A DNA stretch of 64,000 nucleotides, taken from NCBI GenBank assembly GCA_024704765.1, contig JAKMXF010000088.1, forward strand, positions 682,001-746,000. The letters are read 5' to 3'. Made by a program: the position numbers and the translations under genes. Of this stretch, positions 1-11,200 are shown piece by piece. Source of the stretch: Oopsacas minuta (taxonomy: Eukaryota; Animalia; Porifera). Positions within the stretch are counted from its first letter, which is position 1, and each line of letters opens with the position of its first letter. Under the pieces are notes generated by a model. That model saw only the letters and a program-made list of their open reading frames with translations. It was not told the origin of the DNA and searched no databases.

Positions 1-661
1 AAAATATAGCAAAAAATAGAAATAATTCCCGGATATTTCCAAAATTTCCCCTGGAAAAGATATGTAATCCCGGGAAGGTGGCAGGCAAGGTTGCCAATTA
101 TGCTATTTCCAAATTTGAAATATAGATTCGCCACTTCTATTTGTGACCAATAGTAAATTGGATTCTTCGGTAAACAAATCGCTCGTTGAAGGACCTAATC
201 CTGTTATTTGCCGTAAAGTATTCTATGAAAATATTGTAAATCAATTCACTCACCTTGAATTACGGCCTCAATGCCAGAATCCAAGCGCCTACAAAAATCA
301 GAAAAAAATGAAAAAATGCGAAAACCAAAAATTCTCACTCACAAACCTTTTTTTGCCTGTAGCAGTAGATTTGGACATAAAAATTTGTAAACAAAATTCG
401 AAAAATCAATCCACGTAAACAATAATAAACAGTATTTCCTCCCTGGTTACTAATTAATTCTTTCAAAATCCTTATCGATGTGGTTGCTTTAGAATTCAAT
501 TTTATTTTCTCCACAGTCTGACATTGTCCCTATTATTAGGCCTATTTTAGAGAATTTTAGCGGCTGCATTTCATTCACGCATCATTTGTAATTAAACACC
601 CATAAATGTGAGAATTCCATTGCTCAATCAATAACACTATGCATATTTGTTATACACCCAC

Positions 662-717
662 GTTGCCTAGCAACCATGGAATGTAGTCGTGTATGGTATC
701 GATTACGCATGACGTCA
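662..717. promoter_or_regulatory. RFX X-box plus CRE motif cluster
   Basis: GTTGCCTAGCAAC at 662-674 fits the RFX X-box; palindromic TGACGTCA (CRE) at 710-717; about 610 bp upstream of the GOLGA7 ATG. Motif match only. Confidence 0.35.
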
Positions 718-1326
718 TCATGTGACACATTTCTAAAGCTTCATAATCACGTTTTATGTTTTCATCAGTTTACAAATATTTAATTTGCATAATTAAATTA
801 TCTACCAAATAAGCTTTCGAAAACAAATCTTAAAATAGAATTTCTAAATTTAGAAATGGTATAATCATATTTATGATGTAATATGATGGTATCTATACTA
901 AAGTCAAATTCCTTTGTACCAGACACGTTACTATGTTGTGTAAATACTTGTATGGTATTAGAAGAAACTGGATAATTATATCGTTTTCTCTCAATGGGAT
1001 ATTTGACTTTTATAGAGGGAAAGGCTCTCAGTCTGTGAAATATCGATTTGTGATAATCTCACTTTTCTCAGGGCCTCAATTCATATGATCTAGTCAGGAG
1101 TGAGTTGAGTGGCGTGTGTTCCAGGGTGCTGGTGGGTAACTAAATGAGCCAACTTTCAGACAGGGGCGGTCACAGGATATAATTGGGCCTAATAAGGGGT
1201 AGATGGGATCTTGGGGCTACAAATTAGGTGTTAGATTCATAAGTAGAGTTACTCTTGAAAACCAAAAAATCTATTTTTCAGTTATTCAAAGTTTACTTTT
1301 TAGCTAAGGATTAGTTCCATAAGTAA

Positions 1327-1719
1327 ATGGCTACATTCAACATAGTTCCAGAACATAACAAGGTATTCCTATCACGTGATTACACTAATGGTACTGCCTG
1401 CAGGTTCAATATGGAACTACCAACGGAACTAAGAAATAACGTGTCTGAATCTCAATTCAAAGATACCGTCAAGCATATAAACGATATTTTTGCGGAGGCT
1501 GAACGATTGAGTTGTCGGTCTTATATGGAGGGCTGTTTAGGGTGTCTCACTGCGTACACAATTTTCTTATGTGTCCGTACACATTATGAGAAATGTGTCG
1601 ACAGGGTGGCACTTTATATTGTGCAGCAAAATAAAGATGTTTACGAGCCACTAGGTGTGAAGATTTGTGACCCGATGGAACGCGGTTTGAGGTGTATTGA
1701 GATACAGTATTGTATCTGA
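1327..1719 (+). CDS. GOLGA7: Golgin subfamily A member 7 (Erf4/GCP16, palmitoyltransferase cofactor), intronless
   Basis: 130 aa; KVFLSRDYTNGTACRF, SYMEGCLGCLTAYTIFLC, THYEKC and DPMERGLRCIEI match remembered GOLGA7 motifs. Confidence 0.93.
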   Translation: MATFNIVPEHNKVFLSRDYTNGTACRFNMELPTELRNNVSESQFKDTVKHINDIFAEAERLSCRSYMEGCLGCLTAYTIFLCVRTHYEKCVDRVALYIVQQNKDVYEPLGVKICDPMERGLRCIEIQYCI

Positions 1720-2090
1720 TTGTATTTATTTTTCTAATTTATCTCTTTTAAATAATACTCACTCATATTACATATTTGAGGGATTCATGGTAACTAGGCT
1801 GTTGCCATCTTATAAACAAATAGATGCAGTCCTTGCTAGAACTCTGACATGAACTGACCTGGTCATTTAGTTTTGCCATTAACACAGTATGAACTCCAAA
1901 ATTGTGGCATAAACCACGTGGGCACAAATCCTACAAAACTGGGTTTTAGCTCAATATTAATCGTAAAATCATAGGTCTTATTATGACATCAACTGGGACG
2001 TGTCCTCACCCTATGCTTAATTAATTGATGCACAGTTTGTCGCTATTTTTAGTATCATTAATAAATATACATAGAATTGGTACCAACTAA

Positions 2091-2618
2091 ATGTCAGTTC
2101 CAGAATCAGATATTTCAGCGCCTAAAATGAAAGAAGGGTTTGTAAACGTTCTCAATAATATCCTTAACGATCAAACTAATTCATCGGAATGTGGACTTAC
2201 ACCTTTATTATCACGCGCTAAGAGCCAGCGTTCAACGAATAAATTATTAGCGCGTCATGTTAAGAAGAGATCCCATGTGTTAGAAAAACGACACCGGGCA
2301 CAAATGGCGCGTAAAAAACCGAATATCCTAGATACCCCACGTGAGAGAAAGTTCCAACAATTAGCGACTAAAGGAGTTGTACAGCTTTTCAATGCTGTAA
2401 GTAGTGAACAGAAAAACATGCAAAAAAAGTTAGAAAGTGTGAAAACCGATGCAAAAAAGACAAAACTAATAAAAAACTTTGATAAAAGAGGTTTTTTGGA
2501 TTCGTTACTACATGAAAATCGAGGAAATTCTCGAGAAGAGGGGTTTGATAGTGAAATGAAGAGTGAAAGTAGTGAAAGTATAGAAAGTGATGGGGAATAT
2601 TGTAGTGATTCAAATTAA
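2091..2618 (+). CDS. RRP15: Ribosomal RNA processing protein 15, intronless
   Basis: 175 aa; KP...RERKFQQLATKGVVQLFNAV is the Rrp15p signature; acidic C-terminus. Confidence 0.9.
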   Translation: MSVPESDISAPKMKEGFVNVLNNILNDQTNSSECGLTPLLSRAKSQRSTNKLLARHVKKRSHVLEKRHRAQMARKKPNILDTPRERKFQQLATKGVVQLFNAVSSEQKNMQKKLESVKTDAKKTKLIKNFDKRGFLDSLLHENRGNSREEGFDSEMKSESSESIESDGEYCSDSN

Positions 2619-2712
2619 ATATTAGTAAATACAATATTTTATAGAAACGATTATTTTACTTAAGTTTAACGTGATTTAATGAATACCTTATGGTTGATTT
2701 ATTAATTCTAGC

Positions 2713-3948
2713 ATGGCAACTGAATTTGGCGCTAGTATGCCTGAAGAGACAGCTAGAGAGTTGGAAAGGCTTAGGAGAGAGGTGTTGATGGCGAAAGAGG
2801 AACTCCGAGCCAGATTTGAGTTCTATTTCCGTGTGCTACAGGAGAAACATCTAGAAATGGAGGTACAACTAGATGAAGTGGTCCGTATGGCAGAGGCTAA
2901 AGTGGTGGACAGACATAACAAATTGGATCAGCTGCTAATCACAAAAGCTGAGGTCACACAAAATTTGGTACATAATGAGTTGAATGAAACTCTTGAAAAT
3001 GTGTCAAGGGAGTTGGACCAGAAAATACAAGTACTGGAGGCGATTGGTGACCGGGTACCATCAGTGTGGCTCGAATGGCATGAAGAGTGGTTGGAAGGTG
3101 GCATGGGAGGATTGTGTCAAGTGGTTGAGGGAGTATCCTACGTGAACAGACACAAACCAGTGTGGTCTGGTGTCAATAAAGGAAGTGGAAGTGATGAGAT
3201 ATTCAATCCTATTGGTCTCTCAATAGATAGAGATAACGGAGATATTTATGTGTCTGATTGGTCGGTTCATAGGATTCAGGTGTTCTGTAAAGATGGCTCT
3301 TATAAGAGGACCATTAAGGCACAAGGAATGTCTTATCCTTCTGATATAGCTGTAACACCTCATCAGCTGTTTGTTATATGTTTCCTCTCAGATAATATCC
3401 TCAAGCTGGATAAGGTGTCAGGGGAAATAATGTGTCAAATAGAAACAGGTTATTCCATATTCTGTATTAGAGCTGACGTAGATACACTGTATGCAGGAAT
3501 AGTTGAAGTTAATCACATATCTCATCACAGTTTGGAGGATTTGAGTAAAATCAAGGAAACAGCACTTAACTCTCCTCACATAACACAAGACACAAGGCTC
3601 AGAGACCTAAGAACAACTCCATCTCTATTCGTAGTCCTGTTTAAGGAGTGTGACTATCTGATACAGTTATTTTCAAGAGATGGGAACTTCTTTCAAGTGA
3701 TTGCGTTACAGGAATTACTCACTTCTCCTATCCGTATCTGTCTAGACAGACACCAGAACATTATAGTTAGTGACTACGGAGCTAATAACATTAAAGTAAT
3801 CTCTATAGAGGGACATATTGTAACTACTATTGGACATGAAGGGGAAGGACCTGGAGAATTCTGCTCTCCTTATGGCATTGACATTAACGAGGAGGGTCGA
3901 ATTGTTGTAGTGGACGATAACAGATCTCACATGCTACAATTCTTCTAA
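2713..3948 (+). CDS. Coiled-coil + NHL beta-propeller protein, subfamily A copy 1 (TRIM-NHL-like, no RING/B-box), intronless
   Basis: 411 aa; N-terminal heptad-rich helix, then NHL blades (NPIGLSIDRDNGDIYVSD..HRIQVF; GEGPGEFCSPYGIDINEEGRIVVVD); co-linear with copies at 27960 and 48018. Confidence 0.88.
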   Translation: MATEFGASMPEETARELERLRREVLMAKEELRARFEFYFRVLQEKHLEMEVQLDEVVRMAEAKVVDRHNKLDQLLITKAEVTQNLVHNELNETLENVSRELDQKIQVLEAIGDRVPSVWLEWHEEWLEGGMGGLCQVVEGVSYVNRHKPVWSGVNKGSGSDEIFNPIGLSIDRDNGDIYVSDWSVHRIQVFCKDGSYKRTIKAQGMSYPSDIAVTPHQLFVICFLSDNILKLDKVSGEIMCQIETGYSIFCIRADVDTLYAGIVEVNHISHHSLEDLSKIKETALNSPHITQDTRLRDLRTTPSLFVVLFKECDYLIQLFSRDGNFFQVIALQELLTSPIRICLDRHQNIIVSDYGANNIKVISIEGHIVTTIGHEGEGPGEFCSPYGIDINEEGRIVVVDDNRSHMLQFF

Positions 3949-4245
3949 TTATTATTCTCATATTTTTTCATTTTCTTTCCTCATACTATTATTTAGAGAT
4001 TCATGGTTACCAAAGAGTACAATAGGTATGCTGTGTTAATGTTGTGGTTATAAACCTAGGCTCCATGGACTCAATTGTTGTCCACAAAGGACCCCAGTGT
4101 GTTGAAATTGGTATAAGGGGAACGCGTGTGTAAAGATAGGAACCCGTTTACCAAAATTGGATTTCAGAGTTGCATTGGGAGGTGAGGGGGCAATTTGCAC
4201 TATTATAGCCTTTTAACACCTTGAATCATAACAGCATTATAAACA

Positions 4246-5844
4246 ATGGCCTCTCATACACGTGGAGCAAATCCCAGAAATGTCCGTACAGAAAAGTCTG
4301 TTCGTGAGAGATTAGAATCAGAGACCGTCTTGATGGAAGAGAGATTGATTACTCTCCGGAAACAATTGGAGAATGATCGCAGGAACAGAGAGATAAAGAA
4401 TAAGGTTTAAGAAAGTTATAATTATAGACATACACAATTACAAACTGTCCCGTGACACTTTGAAATTGTAGGCACTATTTATATCACGCGTTCATTACCA
4501 CAACCTACCTACACACATCTGGTAAAGTGTTGTCAGGTTTGGTCATGTGACCGTCTGTACAGTTTGTAATTTTACTACTTTTCGAGTTTGGCCATTTTTG
4601 TATATTTTGGGATTTTTACATAAAATTACATATTTTGACACCAAATGTTATACTAACGGATCTATGGTTTATAAGAGATATATTTGTAGGAAAAGGGTAA
4701 TCATAGTTCTGGTTCTTTCTGGGCTAATGGCCAGATGGGTTTTGTGACCACACATGCTCAACAGCTGATCAAAGATATGAAAAATACTCAACATAAGAAA
4801 AACAGGAAATTCAAAATGCTGACGGAGAATTCATTGGTTGAGACGAATAATGTGCCACATCCGCCGCCACCATGCGATAGGGCGAAAGGTGGCGCCATTG
4901 TGAGTTCACCCGAAACTTCACATTCCATTACACTTGGAAATGGTAACTTAGAAACGTTTTTGTGTGAAAGGAATTCGCCAATAAAACATTCTTTATTGGA
5001 TGGTTGCTATGATGAGACTGAAAGTGCGGAATCTTTCAAGACAGTTTTGGAAGAATGGAGGAATGCTGGAATTGAAACTAAAACAGCAATAGGAACTGTA
5101 ACTATAAATACTGAAGTTCCGGTAAATAGAAAAATCCTAGAGATTCCAGATTTCAAAACTAGCAGTACACTGACATACTTTGATAGGCTTATGCTAAAAA
5201 AGTATAAAAGTGGAAGTAACACGAGCAAACTGGAACTAAAAAGTGAAATTCATGAAAATACTGAATCTTTGAATCCCAGTATCAGTCAATATAATATTTT
5301 CTATAATTCTGAAAATTTACATTTAGAACCGGAACCAACACCTAACCAAGGGTTAAAAATCACAGAGATTTTAGATGAAGATGAGCTCGATGAATTGGGA
5401 CCAAAAGGTGTTAAAAATAATCACACGCAGAGTGACAACAATTTCAAAATTGTCACACAAACAAATTTGAGCGGGTTTTTTCTGCTAGGCACTAAAGTTG
5501 TAGGTGAGGAAATTTCAACCAATCAATATCCAGATTATGTGGATAATGGTACCTTGATTTTAGGCGGGAAAACTGCCTGGAACCAAGGAGAATCTATAAA
5601 TAGCCACAAAGTAGTAAATTTTAGTTCAGATTCAGATTCTAGTTCTGATTGTCCATTGGTTGATTTTGATGAGTGTTTTGACAATAATTCCTCTGGTGAT
5701 GATGATATTTTGACACTTGAAAGGTTGTCAAACGAATTAAAGAATGTGTCAGATTGTGGCACGAATAGTGGCATTGAAAGTGGCACAGGTTTGTGGGCAG
5801 AGTTAATGTGTCACAGACCACCAACTTCCAATGATTTCAACTGA
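4246..5844 (+). CDS. ZBBX: ZBBX-like protein (exons 4246-4404, 4690-5844); B-box not found
   Basis: GT-AG phase-0 join of exon 1 (RERLESETVLMEERL) to SFWANGQMG; SLLDGCYDETESAESFKTVLEEWR and LTYFDRLMLKK resemble the ZBBX blocks SLL..G.FDEEASAQSFQEVLSQWR and LSYMEKLWLKK. Confidence 0.65.
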
Positions 5845-6020
5845 ACTGACCCGAACACTTATTGATACATATATTGTTGATGTATAACATAATTTGTTTG
5901 TTTGTTTACTTTCAATCTGAAGGCATTAAACATATTCAAATGTGACAAAATATGAACCTAACAATTCTGAACCATTAAAACATCAATTTTTTGTATGAAA
6001 ACATTCTATTTTAGGTTATA

Positions 6021-6953
6021 ATGCATCAACACTTGTTATTACTCGTACGATGCATCACACATTCCAAATTACCACCTCGGTTGCTAAGGTCCGAGACACA
6101 ATTACGTTATAAGAACACTAGAAAGCCACTTCCGCCACTAACACCTCGAGATCAAGAGAGAGAAAATTATTGGGAAGCTGTCATGACATATTTAGACCCC
6201 AAAGATGATCCTATATCCGAAAAACAGCTGGGGAAATCATCATCAATTTGGCGTCCACAAGAAGGTGCTAGTTCCAAAATGAAAATCAAATCCAAATCTA
6301 GGCCAAATTATGATTATGAAATAGATCTGGAACCATTTGATTCATATGCGAGTATAATCGATAGTAAAGAAAAAGGAAAATCTTTGAATAGAAGATATGA
6401 TGAAGTGTTAAGTGGTGCTTACTTGTCTATGGATGAGCCTTCAGGTGATTTCACGAAGAGACAGGACAGAATACCGCAGAACAAGACCCCTTCCAATCAA
6501 AATAGAGATCCGGAGACTAAGGAAATTTCAACATCAAAGAAAGATATCCAAACTGGAACTATAGATGTCCAAACTCAAACTGAAGTCCCAAAGGATCCCA
6601 TAACTGAGGTAGAAGATTTTGAAGAACATGAGACCAAACCTCTGGAACCGGAACCTAACTTCCTTGAGATGTTACGTGAGTCTAATTGGATGAAAATGGG
6701 AGACCCCAGGAAGAAAAAATTCCGAGGAATAGTTATCAACCAAGTTGGTAACCAGGTTTATGTCGATTACGGGTACAAATTTTTTGGAGTATTCAAAGTA
6801 CCAGATGGAATGGAACCAAGTCAATTGAAAATCGGAACTAAACTGCTAATTTTAGTCAAAGAATTGGAACTAACTCAACATTTTTTAGGTGAAGAATCGA
6901 TGTTCAGTTTGTTAGAATCAGAAATTGAGTTCGATTCCATTATTACCCAATAA
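6021..6953 (+). CDS. MRPS28: Mitochondrial ribosomal protein S28 (bS1m) with long N-terminal extension, intronless
   Basis: C-terminal FLEMLRESNWMKMGD...VYVDYGYKF...LELTQHFLG matches the MRP-S35/S28 domain; N-terminus is basic and presequence-like. Confidence 0.85.
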   Translation: MHQHLLLLVRCITHSKLPPRLLRSETQLRYKNTRKPLPPLTPRDQERENYWEAVMTYLDPKDDPISEKQLGKSSSIWRPQEGASSKMKIKSKSRPNYDYEIDLEPFDSYASIIDSKEKGKSLNRRYDEVLSGAYLSMDEPSGDFTKRQDRIPQNKTPSNQNRDPETKEISTSKKDIQTGTIDVQTQTEVPKDPITEVEDFEEHETKPLEPEPNFLEMLRESNWMKMGDPRKKKFRGIVINQVGNQVYVDYGYKFFGVFKVPDGMEPSQLKIGTKLLILVKELELTQHFLGEESMFSLLESEIEFDSIITQ

Positions 6954-7020
6954 ACTTATAATTAGTAATATTCAATATTAATCCAGAGGGCGTAGTGTCA
7001 TATACATGGCTCAATCTATA

Positions 7021-7257
7021 AGCGACACAATAAACAGATGGTGCATGCCACAATTGTGTCCTATAGCGACACGTTCTTATATTACACCCTCCATAATATC
7101 ACAACTCTAAGAAAATATTCTAAATTCAGTAACTTACTATTTTTCCAGTGGCCCCAAAAATGTCCTATGCATGGTTCAATTTTTTAGCGACACAAGAAGC
7201 AAAAGACCATGCCACAATTGTGTCCAAAAGCGACACATTCTTGCCTTCCACCCTCCA
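7021..7257 (+). repeat. Two-copy diverged direct repeat (about 72 bp, period 165)
   Basis: Core CATGCCACAATTGTGTCC..AGCGACAC.TTCTT at about 7044-7078 and 7208-7242. Confidence 0.7.
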
Positions 7258-7780
7258 CAAATCGCAACTATTCAAATTCTACCAAAATCATATATTTATG
7301 CCTTGTTTCATGTCTTTTATATTAGCAAAGAATTCTATTAATAGAACAGACTTATAGGCTTAATTATACAACTGAGATAAGCTATAAATAGAGACAAAAC
7401 TCAATTCTGCTTTAAAAGTTCTATTTTGGTAACTGATAAGTTTTTGACGATTATTCCTGTTTTGCATAAATACTTTTATAGGTTTGTTTTTTATTATTTT
7501 TCACACCTTTTGTTTTGTTGTTTGGCTTATGGTTTCAGTTTGTAACACCTTTATGGGTGGCGTTTTTGGGGGTTGTTTGGGGTGTGAAAATTGTTGCACT
7601 AATTTATAGGAAATTCTTGATTATTTTTCAAAATATTTTCACACCTTTATTCATTTTTTTATTTTCCTTATTTTTGTAAATTATCCTAATTAGATTATCT
7701 AATCCGAAATATATTTGCAAAACTTCAAAACTTCACTAATTTTTTCCAATTAGTTTCTAATTAGTTCTTCCAAATTTGCC

Positions 7781-8190
7781 ATAAAATGATACCGGAACTA
7801 TAATAAGCGCTGAATAGATAAAATGATACCAAATAATATGCGCCGAATAGATAAAATGATACCGGAACTAATAATATGCGCCGAATAGATAAAATGATAC
7901 CAAATAATATGCGCCGAATAGATAAAATGATACCGGAACTAATAATAGCGCGAATAGATAAAATGATACCAAATAGCGCCGAATAGATAAATGATACCAA
8001 ATAATATGCGCCGAATAGATAAAATGATACCAAATAATATGCGCCGAATAGATAAAATGATACCAAATAATATGCGCGGAATAGATAAATGATACCTAAT
8101 AATAAGCGCTGAATAGATAAAATGATACCAAATAATATGCGCCGAATAGATAAAATGATACCAAATAATATGCGCCGAATAGATAAAATG
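7781..8190 (+). repeat. Minisatellite, 12 units of 29-38 bp (consensus ATAAAATGATACCAAATAATATGCGCCGAATAG)
   Basis: Units read directly; ends 67 nt before the MEF2 ATG. Confidence 0.97.
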
Positions 8191-8257
8191 TATATACATA
8201 TATATTCTAAATTTAGATTTTCACTTCCAATTTTTGAGGCTATAACAAATATCAAAA

Positions 8258-11200
8258 ATGGGTAGAAAGAAGATTGCAATTGAGCGAATCCATGACAACA
8301 GAAATCGCCAGGTATGTGTTGTTTATTTACTTGTTTATTGTTTGTTTTGCTTGTTTGTTTACTCCACTTATCCAATAAGTATTTATAAATGTATTTATTA
8401 ATTTTTGCAGTCGAATAGCCTACATTTCTATGTTTCTTTTGTGTTGTCAGGTTGATAAAATGTGTCGACTTGAAACCATATGGCATATGTACGTGTAAAG
8501 TGGCTTCATTTTCTAATTATAGACCTGGCACAGAAATTCCAACCACTTCTTGGCGTTACTATGCAAATTATTACCATATTTTGTATATTTCTAAATTGGA
8601 ACCATTTATTGGGACTGAAATTTGGTTGGATAACAATTACATATTTGTAGAATATGTTTCAATTGAGATTCCTTAGTTACCTCTTTTGTTTATTGGAATG
8701 TTGTAATTTGTTCCATAGTAGTTATTAGTTCAGAAGCACAAATATGTTCTTTTGTTTGTTTGTTGTTTGCTGATAATAGTTCATATTTACAAGGTTTTAC
8801 TTCCAACTTTGGCCAATTAAATGTTTAGCATTTCGACTGTAGCATATCATAGTTTGATTTTTATTTTTCTCAGTGATTAATCATATTTTCACACCTTCAA
8901 TTTACAGATAACCTTTATGAAAAGGAAGTTAGGCTTATTCAGGAAAGCATACCAACTCAGTGTCCTCTGTGACTGCCAAATTTCTGTGATTATTATGCCG
9001 AAAAATAATAAACTATTTCAATATTCGAGCACTGATATGAATGGAATTTTACAAAAATATGTTTCACACCCGCATCCGGATGAGGCCCTTACCAATGAGG
9101 ACATGTCCAAGGTATGTTGTTGTTGTTGTTGTTGTTTATTTATTGGTACTATTGCTGTCAAATACTGCCAAATTTGGGAGAGTCCAAATGTTGTTGTCAC
9201 TTTTTGTGTAGCTACAATCAACATCCGTTAACTTGAACAGATTTTGATTTCCCAGAGGTGTTACCGACTGTATGTATTGTCCTATTTTTATTTTAATACT
9301 CTATCTACATTATATTCTTATTTCTCTTAACAATTCAATGATTTGTTAAGAGAAAGGAAATCTTGCTCTGTCAGATATTTAGCGTTAACACTCTTTGAAG
9401 AAATACTCAGGAATGTGAACTGCAATATGAAACTAACAATAGTTTTCATTTTGTACTCTCAGTATTTAGCTAGACTCTATGTGCTGTCCCCAAACAGGGG
9501 TCCAGAACCCCTTGGTGATCCACGGACGACAGCAAACTATGTGACCCGTGACCGGAAGAGACCTTTTGTATCAATTATGATTATTTCCAAATACGTAATG
9601 TCATTCCTGTACTGATGACTCGTCCTTTATTTGCTTTTTTATTGATGATTGTCAAAATTCTATAAACTTTCAATTCCTCGCGTTAAATATTCGTTTAATA
9701 TTCATATATTGGAACTAGAACTATAGTGATTATTGAAACCATACAAATTCAATTCACATTTTGTAACAGTTGTTCTATTTTTGTCTTTTCTTATTATTCG
9801 TAGAAAATGAAAACGATGACTATTACTACTTCTGATAATGAAGATATTGAAACACCTGTTCAGGATGTGGTTAGTTTCAGTTTCAGTTTAATATTGTGCT
9901 GTGTGCATAATCTGAAAGTGTGTCCTGAATTGTAAAATGTCGCAATCATTAGTGTCTGTGATTTGCTAATACATTTCAACTTGATTACTCAATTATTTTC
10001 ACCACTTCTAATTCTTGAATTTTCCACACTTGCTTTCGACACATTTTTGCAACTAAAATATCATTTACATAAGTGGAAGTGGCCCAACACTAACGAGGTA
10101 ACCATGGAAACTGGGACATAGTGGGTGTAGCCAAATACCAACGAGGTAACCATGGAAACTGGGACATAATGGGTGTAGCCAAATACCAACGAGGCAACCA
10201 TTGAAACTGGGACTTATCTTTCAAAGTCACAGAAGCACGTTAGGGAGTTGGTGAATCAATTCATGTATAGAATGCTATGATTCATTGCATATAGTATGTG
10301 ATTATATATTCCCCCATCCAATCTTGCGAAAATTCACAAACACCCTGACAACCACTTCTTGTTTTTAGCACTATAATGGGACAATGTTTCCGAATCAAGT
10401 TATCCTCGACCAACCACAATATAAACCAACGTTAGACCAACGCCTGATACAATCTATGTATCCACGTACAATGGTAGATCACAGCAAGCTGCAACAGCAA
10501 CACCTACAGCAGCAACAATTCCAACATCAACAACAACAAAGAATTCCATACCCTGAATCGGTTTGTTTATTTTATGAATATAGTTAGGCATATAATGCAT
10601 ACAACTTTTAGTCAATAGAATATCAGTGTATATATACTGGGTAAACCCTCGTATCTGATAGGTTAGGACATTTTATCACCTATCTCAGAGAGTTTTGAGA
10701 TATCGCTTAGATGTTAAATACGTTCATAGATTTATCACATTCCAAAACACCTACCAAATTTCAAGTTTGTAGCTCTTACCAATTCCTCAATATACGTTAG
10801 GCCATTTCCAATGTATTATCATGAGATATAATTTCGTCACCTTTTCTCCTGTTGTATACGTAATTACTTATTTATATTCATATTTTAATTCAGATTCTAC
10901 AACAAGCACTCCCTATAACACTTCAAAATAGTTTCGATGGTTCAAGTCCTAAGTCCATACAATCTAACACAGACAGAAGTTCCATTAGTAGCCCTCCTCC
11001 CCGTGATGAGAAGTTATCTCTCACTCTACCTCTTGAATCTAATACGCAGAAGTCTCAGAGATTGAGGGTAATTAACACATTCCATTTATGATATACCGTA
11101 TCAAAGTAACCTCCACAAACCTAGCACTCCAGTTATTGAAGTTATCTTTCCACACAAATTTGTGATATTTTGCTTCGAAATTTGTTGTTATTTACAAATA

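Noticed and set aside
143-418. 91-aa ORF, and ORFs at 20079-20521
   Set aside because: Non-ATG or AT-rich, no recognisable motif, or antisense to H3.3.
1021-1240. GC-richer segment as possible ncRNA or exon
   Set aside because: No tRNA/snRNA fold or Sm site recognised and no convincing open frame on either strand.
3742-3930. Conserved antisense ORF repeated opposite each NHL-A copy (also 27978 and 49047)
   Set aside because: Conservation follows from paralog identity; shadow ORFs with non-ATG starts.
2713-3948. Bacterial origin or contamination of the intronless NHL genes
   Set aside because: Coiled-coil + NHL resembles the TRIM-NHL C-terminal half and the flanks are contiguous animal genes; nothing in the sequence supports transfer.
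7781-8190. CRISPR-like array
   Set aside because: Units are contiguous with no unique spacers, there are no cas genes, and the context is eukaryotic; it is a minisatellite.
7761-8486. ORFs 7761-8486 and 7939-8199 (minus)
   Set aside because: Produced by the minisatellite and antisense to MEF2 exon 1.
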